This document shows positions 22,490-35,149 of a stretch of 64,000 bases of DNA, piece by piece; the first letter of the stretch is position 1; each line of letters starts with the position of its first letter. The translations under genes and the position numbers were made by a program. Source of the stretch: Vicugna vicugna (Eukaryota); NCBI GenBank assembly GCA_013265495.1, contig MU058289.1, positions 992,001 through 1,056,000 of the forward strand. Reading direction: 5' to 3'. A model generated the notes under the pieces. That model ran no database searches, was not told the DNA's origin, and saw only the letters and a program-made list of their open reading frames with translations.

Positions 22490-24526
22490 AGGGTTTCTCA
22501 CTACTGTGAACCCTTTGATGTACAGTAAGTTGATGGCGGCTAATAAATGCCTTGCCACATACCTGACATCCATAGGGCTTCTCACCAGTATGAATCCTCT
22601 GATGCTGGACAAGGTAGGAGCCAGTGCTGAAGGCCTTGCTGCACTCCTTACACTCATAGGGTCTCTCACCTGTATGAACCCTTTCATGTTGAACAAGGTA
22701 TGAGGCACAACTAAAGGCCTTCCCACATTCCTTGCACTCATGGGGCTTAACCCCTGCATGAATTCTCCGATGTGCATTAAGAAATGAGTTAAGTCTAAAG
22801 GCCTTTCCACATTCCTTACATTCAAAGGGCTTCTCGCCAGTATGAATACTCTGATGTCGAGTAAGCTGCCCATACGCAGTAAAGGCTTTGCCACATTCCT
22901 TACACTTATAGGGTTTCTCGCCAGTATGAATTCTCTGATGTTGAACAAGGGGGGAGCTAGAACTAAAGGCCTTTCCACATTCTTTACATTCATAGGGCTT
23001 TTCGCCAGTATGAATTCGCTGATGTTGAACGAGGTATGAGAAGGTACTAAAGGCCTTTCCACATTCTTCACATACGAAAGGTTTTTCACCAGTATGAATA
23101 TTCTGATGCCGAATGAGTTTTCCATACACTATAAAAGCTTTTCCACATTCCTTACATTCATAAGGTTTCTCACCAGTATGAATCCTTTGATGTTGAATGA
23201 GGTAAGAGCCAGAACTAAAGGCCTTCCCACATTCCTTACACTCATAGGGCTTCTCACCAGTATGAATTCTCCCATGTTGTACGAGGTATGAGGCCCGACT
23301 GAAAGTTTTTCCACATTCCTTACATTCATAGGGTTTCACGTCAATATGAATCTTCTGATGTTGTGTAAGATGTACATGCACTCTAAAGGCCTTTCCACAC
23401 TCCTTGCATTCATAGGGTTTCTCACCACTGTGAACCCTTTGATGTACAGTAAGTTGATGGCGGCTAATAAATGCCTTGCCACATACCTGACATCCATAGG
23501 GCTTCTCACCAGTATGAATCCTCTGATGCTGGACAAGGTAGGAGCCAGTGCTGAAGGCCTTGCTGCACTCCTTACACTCATAGGGTCTCTCACCTGTATG
23601 AACCCTTTCATGTTGAACAAGGTATGAGGCACAACTAAAGGCCTTCCCACATTCCTTGCACTCATGGGGCTTAACCCCTGCATGAATTCTCCGATGTGCA
23701 TTAAGAAATGAGTTAAGTCTAAAGGCCTTTCCACATTCCTTACATTCAAAGGGCTTCTCGCCAGTATGAATACTCTGATGTCGAGTAAGCTGCCCATACG
23801 CAGTAAAGGCTTTGCCACATTCCTTACACTTATAGGGTTTCTCGCCAGTATGAATTCTCTGATGTTTAACAAGGGGGGAGCGAGTACTAAAGGCCTTTCC
23901 ACATTTTTCACATACAAAAGGTTTTTCACCAGTATGAATACTTTGATGCCGAATGAGTTTTCCATACACTATAAAAGCTTTTCCACATTCCTTACATTCA
24001 TAAGGTTTCTCACCATTATGGATTCTTTGATGTTGAACAAGGTATGAGTTACTATAAAAAGCTTTTCCACAGTCTAGACATTCATATGGTTTCTTACCAG
24101 TATGTGGACTCTGCTGTTCAGTAAATTGATGGCTACTGCTAAAGGTCTTCCCATACTCCTTACAGACATATGGCTTCTCACCACTATGAATTCTTCCATG
24201 TTTAACAAGGGCTGAGCTTCTAATATAAATTTTCCCACATTCCTTACATTTATAGGACTTCTCACCAACATGCAATCTCTGATGTATAGTAAGCTGACGT
24301 CCGTTACTAAAGTTCTTTCCACATTCTTCACATTTGTAGGTTTTTTCACTAGAATGTATTCTGTCATGTGGAACATGCTTTGAGGCTTGACAAGAAGTCT
24401 TCCCACATTCCTGACATCCACATAGTTTCTCTCTATGAAGAATTCTCTGATGTTGAGCAAAAGATGTACATTTTTCATAGGTGGTAACTTCTTTATGGCT
24501 GATTATCTCATCCTTCGGCTGAAAAT
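22476..24526 (-). CDS. ZNF30: ZNF30 zinc-finger exon (23 finger units including degenerate ones, internally duplicated, ending at a frameshift stop)
   Basis: Acceptor tttctttcag|ATTTTCAG at 24526, in frame with ORF 22476-24626. Diagnostic helices [28 protein letters not shown] and RVHVHLTQH match recalled ZNF30. The spliced CDS is 9+127+96+2051 = 2283 nt (760 aa). Confidence 0.9.
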
Positions 24527-25334
24527 CTGAAAGAAAACAAAAAACTCCCAAATATTTTGTTTTCCTATGAAAAAAGTTAGATGTCAGTGCAAGAGACAAA
24601 TTGAAAATCATATCCATTAGAAACAAGTAACTAGATAATACTAAAATGCTGTTATGAAATTAAAAAAAGAGCAAGGAGAAATGTGGAGATTAATGAGAGT
24701 TGATGTAAAATAGTTAAGCTGGTGATCAGTAAAATGGGTTCCATTTCTGATATTTACAGGTGGGTCAGAATCTTTGAAGAATTTGTTTAAAAAAACTGAT
24801 GTTCAAACACCATCCCAGACCCCATGAAGCAGAAAACACAGGGAAAGTTCCTGGGTGCTAACATTTTTCACATTTCTAACAATTTCTGATATAGATGAAA
24901 TTTCATTCCCCTCCCACCCTCCATGGTTTCTCTTTACACTCAGAATAGAATCCATGTATCTTTCCATGAACAATATGGTCCCTGTTTACCTATTAGGCCT
25001 CATACCAAGTCATAATTCCCTTTGCCCCCTATTTACCTCACCCCCCCCTTTCAGCACCTGGAAAATGTCACAGATTTTCTCATCTTTCGGTTCCATCTGC
25101 AGGTGGCCTCAACTCCCTCAAACCCTTTGGCATGTGTTGTTTGCAGACTGGATCCTTCTCATCCTATATATGTTTAAGGTAAGATGTAACTTTATCAGGA
25201 GTGCTGGAAACTGCTGACCTTGTCTAAGGATGCCCATGCCTTTTCTGTTCTTATGCTTCAATCCAGTAATTCTTACCTATTTTCAATTGCGGTTATTTCT
25301 CTTTGTTATGATTTTTCTTTCTCCCAAACCTCCC

Positions 25335-25784
25335 TGTGGTAGACAGCATTTTGGCCTTCATGACCTTTGCCCTCATCATGCCCATGAATATGTTGTCTCA
25401 CATGGAAAAAGGTATTACGTTTACTAATTAGTTGATTTATGATGATTATTTTGAATTCTCTGGAAAGGTCCTTAAAAGAGCTTTCTCTTGGCTCAAGGAA
25501 GGAGGGGAATCAGAGACACTGAAAGTCTTGAGACTTCCTGGTTGCTGGCTTGAAGTTGGAGGGGCCACATGGGAAATGTAAGAAGAAACAAATCCTGCCA
25601 ATAACCAGTGAGCTTGGAAGAGGACCCCCTGCCCTAAAGAACTGCAGTCACAGCTGGTACCTTGATTTAGCCATCGTGTGCCGAACTCCTGACCTACAGA
25701 ACTACGAAATAATAAATAAGTGTAATTTGGAGCTACTAAGTTTGTGGGAGTTTGTCATGCAGCAGTGGAATACTAATTAATACA
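25335..25784 (+). mobile_element. MaLR solo LTR (MLT1D/E-like)
   Basis: TGTGGTAGACAG...TAATACA termini, with internal GCTGGCTTGAAG and CCTGACCTACAGAACT. Confidence 0.75.
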
Positions 25785-25917
25785 CCCCCTAAAGCAAGCC
25801 TAACCTCTGTTTCATTTAGCACCGAACTATAACCTCTAAACATAGTAGAAATTGATTACAAAAAAAAAAAATTCCGAGACAAAAGAAACAATTTAGGATA
25901 TTGTTAAAAGACAATAT

Positions 25918-28313
25918 TACACATCACATCAACAAGAGAAAGGACAAAAACCACATGATCATCTCAATAGATGCAGAAAAAGCATTTGATAAAATTCAAC
26001 ACCCATTTATGATAAAAACTCTCACCAAAGTGGGTATAGAGGGGACATATCTCAACATACTAAAAGCTATACATGACAAACCTACAGCCAGCTACTCAAT
26101 GGTGAAAAACTCAAAAGCTTCCCACTAAAATCTGGGACAAGACAAGGCTGCCCACTATCACCACTCCTCTTCAACACAGTCTTGGAAATCCTAGCCACAG
26201 CAATCAGGCAAGAGAGAAATAAAAGGGATCCAAACTGGAAAGAAGAGGTAAAAGTGTCACTATATGCAGATGACATGATACTATATATAGAAAACCCTAA
26301 AAGGTCCACACAAAAACTACTAGAACGAATCAAAGAATTCAGCAAGGTAGCAGGTTACAAGATTAACGTTCAAACATCGGTTGCATTTCTTTACACAAAC
26401 AATGAATCAACAGAAAAAGAAAGTAAAGAAACAATCCCCTTTAAAATAGCACCCAAAGTAATAAAATACCTAGGAATAAATCTAACCAAGGAGGTGAAAG
26501 ACTTATACATGGAAAACTATAAAACACTGATTAAGGAAATTAAAGAAGACTTAAAAAAGTGGAAAGATATCCCATGCTCCTGGATTGGAAGAATCAATAT
26601 TTTTAAAATGGTCATACTGCCCAAGGCAATCTACAGATTTAATGCAATCCCTGTCAAATTACCCAGGACATATTTCACAGAACTAAAACAAATCATAAAA
26701 AAGTTTATATGGAACCACAAAAGACCTAGAATTGCCAAAACACTACTGAAGAAAAAGAAAGAGGCTGGAGGAATAACTCTCCTACACTTCAGACAATACT
26801 ATAGAGCTACAGTAATCAAGACAGTATGGTATTGGTACAAAAACAGACATATGGACCAATGGAACAAAATAGAGAGCCCAGAAATGAACCCACAAACTCT
26901 TGGTCAAGTAATCTTCAACAAAGGAGGCAAGAGTATACAATAGAATAAAGACAGTCTCTTCAGCAAATGGTGTTGGGAAAACTGGACAGCAGCATGCAAA
27001 TCAATGAAGCTAGAACACTCCTTTACACCATACACAAAAATCAACTTAAAATGGATCACAGACTTAAACATAAGACAAGATACAATAAACCTCCTAGAAG
27101 AAAAGATAGGCAAAACATTATCTGACATACATCTCAAAAACATTCTCCTAGGGCAGTCTACCCAAGCAATAGAAATAAAAGCAAGAATAAACAAATGGAA
27201 CCTAATGAAACTTACAAGCTTCTGCACAGCAAAGGAAACCGTAAGTAAAACAAAACGACAACCTATGGAATGGGAGAAAATTTTTGCAAATGAAACCAAC
27301 AAAGGCTTGATCTCCAGAATATATAAGCAGCTCATACATCTTAATAAGAAAAAAACAAACAACCCAATCCAAAAATGGGCAGAAGACCTAAACAAGCAAT
27401 TCTCCAAGGAAGAAATACAAATGATCAATAGGCACATGAAAAAATGCTCAGTATCACTAATTACCAGAGAAGTGCAAATCAAAACTACAATGAGGTATCA
27501 CCTCACACTGGTCAGAATGGCCATCATTCAGAAGTCCACAAACGATAAATGCTGGAGAGGCTGTGGAGAAAAGGGAACACTCCTACACTGCTGGTGGGAA
27601 TGCAGTTCAGTGCAGCCACTGTGGAAAACAGTATGGAGATTCCTCAAAAGACTAGGAATAGACTTACCATATGACCCAGGAATCCCACTTCTGGGCATAT
27701 ATCCAGTAGGAACCCTACTTCAAAAAGACACCTGCACCCCAATGTTCATAGCAGCACTATTTACAATAGCCAAGACATGGAAGCAGCCTAAATGTCCATC
27801 GACAGATGACTGGATAAAGAAGATGTGGTATATTTACACAATGGAATACTATTCAGCCATAAAAACTGACAACATAAAGCCATTTGCAGCAACATGGATG
27901 TCCCTGGAGAATGTTATTCTAAGTGAAGTAAGCCAGAAAGAGAAAGAAAAATACCATATGAGATCGCTCATATGTGGAATCTAAAAAACAAAAACAAAAA
28001 CAAACAAACAAACAAAAACAAAGCATAAATACAGGACAGAAATAGACTCACAGACAGAGAATACAGACTTGTGGTTACCAGGGGGGTGGAGGGTGGGAAG
28101 GGATAGACTGGGATTTCAAAATTGTAGAATAGATAAACAAGATTACACTGTATAGCACAGGGAAATATACACAAAATGTTATGATAACTCACACAGAAAA
28201 AAAGTGACAATGAGTGTGTATATGTCCATGAATGACTGAAAAATTGTGCTGAACACTGGAATTTGACACAACATTGTAAAATGATTATAAATCAATAAAA
28301 AATGTTAAAAAAA
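25918..28313 (+). mobile_element. Young 5'-truncated L1 (ORF2 RT/C-terminal part, 3' UTR, A-tail), antisense in the last ZNF30 intron
   Basis: ORFs 25901-26128, 26182-26943 (YADD motif in [10 protein letters not shown]) and 27004-27984 (ends HMRSLICGI) are pieces of ORF2 split by few lesions (frameshifts near 26090 and 26225, TAG at 26941). AATAAA and an A-rich tail lie at 28294-28313. Confidence 0.95.
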
Positions 28314-28730
28314 GATGAATGAACATGCAGTATATATATAAAGTGGAATATTACTCAGTCATAAAAAAGAATGAAACCGCCATTTGCAGCAACATGGATG
28401 GACCTAGAAATGACCATTCTAAGTAAATCAGACAGAGAAAGACAAATATCATATGATATCACTTGTACATGAAATTTAAAAACAATGATAACAAATGAAT
28501 TTATCTACAAAACAGAAACAGACTAACAGACATAGAAAACAAACTTATGGTCACCAAAGGGGTAAAGCGGGGCGGGGGGATGGTTAGGAGTTTGGGATTA
28601 ACAGATACACACTACTTTATATAGAATAGATAAACAACAAGGTCCTAGGTATAGCTCAGGGAGTTATATTCAATATCTTGTAATAACCTATAATGGAAAA
28701 GAATCTGAAAAAGAATATATATGTATAAAT
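28314..28730 (+). mobile_element. Older L1 3' end
   Basis: Contains CATTTGCAGCAACATGGATGGACCTAGA, ACAGACATAGAAAACAAACTTATGG and CAATATCTTGTAATAACCTATAATGGAAAAGAATCTG. Confidence 0.8.
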
Positions 28731-29254
28731 CTTCTATCTTAAAAATATATAGGGTTCTACTGGATTATTTTGTAAAACTAAGATATATTACGGAATAGCA
28801 ATCATCTCATTTTTCCTTTAAGAATGTAAGAATAATGTTCTGTGGAACATTCTTTCATTTCATCATTCAAAGTTATTTCATCATTACTCACCAATTACAC
28901 CAAGTAAGCAAAAAAAAAGAGACTAAAATAAGAAAATGGAAGAATGATGGCACTGCCTAAGAAGATGGCACAGTTAGTGAAATAAATCATCATTATTTCA
29001 TCGTCCTACACCATTTTCTTATTGTGTTGCTCAAAGGACTGCCATCATCCTTTAAGGCTTGAAAGAAGCTTGAAGGTGTCATCTTTGTGTCTTTTAAAAA
29101 ATATATAGCTTTTATTGAATACAGTTTAGAGCTCTAAATTTTTCATTATCCACCTATAATAGCAAAGATAAGAAAACTGACAAAGGGAGACATTTCATAA
29201 AACATCAGACAAATCAGCAGTTGAATGCAGAGAGAAAGGGAGGAGCACTGCGGA

Positions 29255-29530
29255 CCAGCACGTCCAACATGGGAACCACTAGCTATGAGACTAGACTGAG
29301 CTGAGGTGTGCTGGGGTGTCCAAGACTTAGTGCAAAGAGAAGTGTAAATTATCTCATTAATAATTTTATAGTGATTGTATAGAAAAAGGATAGTACTGGG
29401 GGAATATATTGAAATAAACAAAATACATTATTCAGTTAATTTCGCCATTCTTTTTTCTTTTTAAATTTGACCACTAGAAAATTTTAAATTACATACGTAG
29501 CTTGCATTGCATTTCTACTGGACAGCACTG
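29255..29530. mobile_element. MER3/MER33-like hAT-Charlie element
   Basis: Terminal motif TTTCTACTGGACAGCACTG, internal CCACTAGAAAATTTTAAATTACATA, and a left arm CAGCACGTCCAA. Confidence 0.6.
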
Positions 29531-31281
29531 TTCTGGATGAGAAAATGGTATGTGGTGTTCTGTCTTTCTTATCAATATAGTTTATGATAAAAAAGACCAC
29601 TGATTGATTCGCTGCATGTGGACTAAGAGAAAATGCAAATATGTGATGGTAACCCCATACTATGAGCTTCCCTAAATATAGTATCTCCTTTAAATGGCAT
29701 GTCTTCTTGGGGACCCTGGAAGCTATCCCATGGAACTGTTACAGGCATTGAATTTTGTGAAACATGAGGCTTTCTGCACCTTACCTTTTCGGACGGTTAT
29801 GGGTCTCCTACATGAATCACTGTTAAAGATTCATGCTAAGAGACAGCAGATGCTGCCCTGCTGGCGAGCTGGGGTTCCTACTGTGGGATATGCTGAACAG
29901 AGGAAGCCATGGTCACAAGGGCAGTCTAAGTCTCAATGTTCAGTTGAGTCTAAGACGACCCTCTGGTGGGCACTGCCGGTAAAATTATGGTTTTCTTTTT
30001 GTGGGTATGGAGAATAAAGTCCTTATTCTTAGTACATTCTTAAGTATTTAGGGATGAGGTGTTATAATTTGTGCAACTTACTTAAATGGTACAGCAAACT
30101 TTAAAAATACACCTTCTCACCACTTTCCACCACTAACATTCTAATCCAAGCCTCTATCAACCCCAGTCTGCACCACACGACTGGCCTCCCAACGGGCTTT
30201 CCTGGTCTCACTCTTGTTCTCTTTCAGTCTATCCTCTACACATCTGTGCAGGAAAAAGCAGACGGCAGCAATGTGGGGTCTCTGACAGCCCGAGAACCCC
30301 CAAAATAACCAGTGGACATTTATTGGAAAGGGAACTAGAGTAATTTGAGAAAAGCTAGCGAAACTGGTAGTGAGGTTAAGGTTTAAAGTGGCTGGGAGTC
30401 ATTCATCAGACAGGGAGAAAGAGGACTGTGATTTCAGCAGAGGCAAGCAAAGGGCTTAAGGGGGAAGTAGAAAAGTTTGGTCTCTTCATTTGGAGAATGT
30501 GAGTGAAGAGTATATGAAAAGTCTTTGCATAATTTTGCAACTTTTCTGTAAGCCTGAAATTCTTTTTTTAAAAACATTTTATCATCTGCTCAGGGTGATG
30601 GTATAAGGCTTTTTGCCTTATCACAACTCATTAAGCTGTATATTTTAATGGGGTTGCTTGGTTTCCATCTTGTATTTAATAGACATTTAAAAAAATTAAA
30701 GCTGGAAAAAACATAAATTAGACCATGGCTTCTAGTCATTTTCATAAGATAATCCAAATTCCTCATAAGTAACAAAGAATACATAGATGACCTGGCCCCT
30801 TCTAACATTCTACCTTTTTTCTTGTTACTCTCCCCTCGTTAATTCTGTTTTTCTCTGCTTATTGCTCCTGAATCACACAAAGCCCATTCCCACCTCAAGG
30901 AATTTACATTTGCTGTTCACTCTGCCTGAAATGGTCTACATAATCATATGGCCAAAGCTCTTATTTCTTGTTCTGGTCTCTGTTCAATTATCACCACTTC
31001 AGAATATATAAATAATCTAAAAGCAAAAGAGGAACTGAAAGCAGCTGAAATACTGTGCTAGGAAAGAGAATAAGCCTAATCAAGTGACGGGGAAATACGA
31101 GGTGAGTGAATGTTAAACTTGCTAAAGAGTTGGAAAATTTGGTGAGATATTCACCTTTCGCCCACACCTCAGGCCTCTGAAGAGAGACTTCCAAACAGCT
31201 GGACAGAGATGTGCCTACTCCCTGACCACATGGGCTCTTTGCAGCAGTGATGGCTTCTCTACTTGACACGCTCTTACTCAC

Positions 31282-31377
31282 CTGTGTATTGTCTTCTCTG
31301 GTCTTTCTTCACTACCATCCAGGGCTCTTTGCATTGTTCCAGTAAGGTAATCACATGTGGTTTAGAACGGGAATGAC
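31282..31377 (-). CDS. ZNF30: ZNF30 KRAB-B exon (96 nt; NAGNAG acceptor)
   Basis: Bounded by cagcag| and |gtgag. Encodes [32 protein letters not shown]. Confidence 0.9.
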
Positions 31378-31569
31378 CTGCTGGCAAGGTAAGAATGCCA
31401 TATGATGTAGAAAAGAAATAAAAGATGAATTCAAAAATACTCTAAGTTTGGGTTAAATCTGCAATAAACTAAAGGTCAAAATGATACTGATAAGTACTAC
31501 AGAGAAGAAAATTGCAAGGCGATTCAAGAATCCAGACAGGAGGGGGAAGGGTCTTATTTTTAAGTGAAA

Positions 31570-31660
31570 TCTATCAGTCTATCAGTCTATCAATCTATTT
31601 ATCTATCTATCTATCTATCTATCTACTTACCTACCTACCTACCTACCTGTCTGCCTGCCT
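31570..31660. repeat. (TCTA)n/(CCTA)n compound microsatellite
   Basis: Visible tetranucleotide runs. Confidence 0.9.
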
Positions 31661-31689
31661 TCTGAGTCTTGACAGAAAGCATGACCTTG

Positions 31690-31955
31690 TAATTGAGAAC
31701 AAAGACTGGAACCAGAGTACCTGGGTTCAAATTCCTGGTTCTGTCACATACCAGCTCTGTGACCTTGGATAACTCCCTTAAACTCACTGTCCTTCAGCGT
31801 TCTCATCGAAAACAGTTACATATATTTGTATTTGATTTATATTAACTGATTTTTATCCTCACAACTACCCTATGAGGTACTACTTTTATAAAGAGCTTAA
31901 GAGAGTGACTGGTACATAGTAAGTACAACGTGAGTTATCAATATTATTACTGTTA
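31690..31955 (+). mobile_element. MIR SINE
   Basis: Contains the MIR core CCTGGGTTCAAATTCCTGGTTCTGTCAC...CTGTGACCTTGG and the tail TGGTACATAGTAAGT. Confidence 0.7.
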
Positions 31956-32436
31956 TTTTTCTAAGAGAATAAAAGAACATTTCCTGAGATGTCTGTATCT
32001 ATAGCATATTCATTTAATCTTAAATGCAAAGCTCATAGATTATAAATTTTAACTACAAAATCAGGTAAATTGTTTTGTAAGAAATAAAATGAGAGCATTT
32101 CAGGTTTAAATAATTTATGTTTATCCAGTCCACCACTATATAAACTGCACAGGCTCTTCTGACAGGACAAATGAGGACCTTTGTCTAGTTATTTTGCCTG
32201 CAGGTGGGTCACATACTAACAGAGCAATTTTTGGCATAAACACACTAGTAAATCTAGCCTTTGTCAATGTTTATGCAATAAGCACCCTAGAATTTTAATC
32301 TTGCCATTTCACTAATTTCAATCTAACAAACTCAAACTATTTCTTTGGGAACAGGGAGAAGAAATTATGTTCACTTCTTAAGACAGCCCTAAAATGTACA
32401 ATGAAGAAAGCATTTCAGGGAGCAGATTCTAATTTA

Positions 32437-32631
<195 letters not shown>

Positions 32632-33865
32632 TCAAGATGCAAGGAGAGGAAATAAAGAGTTTCAATGTATCAGAGGAGCAATAATATAGCAATCAACTAG
32701 ATTGGAGGCTTACGATATAAGAAATAAATGAGGCAAAATATCTTCATGTTCTGGAGGAATCCTGGGCTATGGACAAAATTTTCTGTTATGTAGTGGCATA
32801 CCACAATACTCCAGATCAGTTGGGAAATGCATAAAATAATTCAAGTTTCTCTGTTAAATACAATAATATACACAACGACACTGTCTGCTAGGTACCCTAA
32901 TACATTCTCAAGAACTATTAGTCTCTACATTATTTTCCCTTTAAGAGAAAAAGTTTTTTTCAAGCATAAAATATATATTTTAGAAAATATATGTTATACA
33001 AATTTGTTAATTCCTCAGTCTTCATGATCGTCATGTCAAATCGTATCATAAGCGTTTTTCCTTGTATTGATAAATTTTTTATGGTGGCATAAAAGTACAT
33101 CTAAAGGATATATATCAGAGTCGGTAATTATTTAACATTTATACAAGATTTGACCAAATGCCCTGGGTTTTCCCAGTTCTGGTAATCTATAATATGCTTA
33201 TTAGTATATTGTCATGCAGCATTCCTTACTCCACACTTTGGCTATTCTTCAATTAGTGGATTTTGATGAAGATGATTCAGAACCAAATCTTAAGTCTCTC
33301 AAGTCCAGCAGGTCCCATTCCACAACGAAACTGACCCAGTACCACTCTCTCAGGCACCACCTGGTAAGAACCATGGTATCAATATCACAATCACAGCTCT
33401 AATGTGTCCCTAAAAGCCTCAAAGAGCATGTGACCTCACCATTTTAAGACTGAGACCAGCCAATACAAAATCTCATCTTATTAGGTCTGTGGGAAATTTT
33501 AAGTCTTCCGATGTCTTGTCAAAATGAGGCCGATCGGTATCTTGAACTTACCAAACCACAGACTGACAAAGGAAGCTCAAATAATTTTTTCATGAGACTT
33601 CATATTGTCATTGCTCCATCACAGTCCTTCAGCAAAGACTTATCATACAGGGCCTGTTCAGTAATTTGCTCAATGAATTCACGAACACCAATTAGAAACG
33701 GGCCCCTGTTAAGGAGGAAGCAGTTATTTGGCAGTTTCATGAAGGAGGAATCAAGAAGCAGGTAATTAGATGGTGGTCTCATAGGAAGAACACTTCAGGT
33801 TAATTAATGACAATTATCTATGTAATCTAAGATCCCCAATATTTCAAAGAGAAACAACAACTTAC

Positions 33866-33874
33866 GTGAGCCAT
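33866..33874 (-). CDS. ZNF30: ZNF30 start-codon exon, coding part MAH (whole exon probably 33866-33953)
   Basis: The minus strand reads AGCATGGCTCAC|gtaagt, matching the recalled human N-terminus MAH. An upstream acceptor ttttcttatttcag| lies at 33953. Confidence 0.8.
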
Positions 33875-35149
33875 GCTTTTAGAAATTTAAGAACCGATCA
33901 GTCTTCCCTGGGGTTCCTCTACCAGAAAGGTTCAAACTCTAGAAAATCCACAGCTGAAATAAGAAAAGGGGGCATTAGTGTCCTCAGCAACTTCAGCCAA
34001 TAAACCTTGTCACCCAATTTCAGTTTCCGAACTATGCCACAACCACCCTCACATAACATTTTGTGACAGAACAGAGGGATTCTGGATAAATCCAAGTTCC
34101 AGTAAACCAAACTGCAAACAGCTGGTTGCAGAACAACAGCAATTCTTCAATGAAGCCGGAATCAGACTCTTGAGCAGGTTTTCTGGCTAAGCCTTCATTT
34201 TGGGAAAGCTGATCTGGATATAAGATTGGGCTGCACAGTTCTGCTGTGAACAGGTTCTCCTTCTCCATTCCTACATTCTAACTGAAAAAGGGACCTTCTC
34301 ACCCAAACCAGAACTTCTTTTGTGGCCTTAGGATACGGTCAAACCGCAGGAGAGGGAAAATATAGACGATATTGATCAGGCATTTACAAACATCTCAGTG
34401 GCTCAGTTTTCTCATCATTAAAATAGGGATAAGAAGAATAAGAAAATCCATTGAAACAGTTATAGAATAATTGTTTAACATGGGTTAGTTATTATTATTG
34501 AAGAATATTACCTGCCCCTTATTTCACCTTCATAAAAGTAAAAATTTGTTTCCAATTTTTACTTATCTCTAGCATGCTTTCTTAGATTCTAACTAAAACA
34601 TTTAGAGTCTGGCCTTATGATACAACTCTTCTTATAAAAAATATTAGAAAAGATTCTCTGACATTTAAATTTCCCCATTAATTTCTCCGTAGAAATTACA
34701 GACAGAGGCATCATTCTGCAATGAAATGTAAAACTGAAATAATTAACAAAGGTTGAGTCCTATTGTTTCTGTGCAATACGGAGATTGATGTAAATGTTTA
34801 TGATCAATATCATCTTATTCTCTCTTCTTATATGAATTTGTGGAAATGTAATCAGTGCAACAGATCCTTGGCAGTCATTTTTCCTGTTCTAAAATTCCCA
34901 TCTCCAGATCAGTTCTATGCCTTCCTGCTGGAAACTTCATTCTGGGGCTCAATAACAGACCTCCTTCTGGGGGCCAGCTGTCTGGGGGCAGACCCATGCG
35001 GCTGGGAGGGGAATGGGGCAGGCAGCAGCAAGCACCTGCAATATGGGTCACAGTGCCACACCTCTCAGCTGAGAAGCCAAGTCCGCACGGTTCACAGGGA
35101 GGTCCCGCTCTCAGTCTTCGAGGGCTCACTTCCGCACTCTCTCTCTCAA

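Noticed and set aside
22058..24400. 84-bp periodic repeats superficially resembling a repeat-spacer (CRISPR-like) array
   Set aside because: They are C2H2 finger/TGEKPY linker coding repeats in a mammalian gene.
22058..24478. 355-, 209-, 137- and 134-aa alternative-frame ORFs and repeated antisense ORFs over ZNF30
   Set aside because: They are shadow frames of the finger array. The 355-aa ORF is long only because the frameshift joins a shadow frame to the stranded fingers.
24527..24626. N-terminal 33 aa of the 716-aa ORF
   Set aside because: It is intronic read-through upstream of the splice acceptor, with a non-ATG start.
25901..27984. Reverse-transcriptase ORFs as an active or domesticated gene
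   Set aside because: This is a 5'-truncated L1 ORF2 with frameshifts and a nonsense codon, lacking the promoter, ORF1 and endonuclease. I could not identify a TSD.
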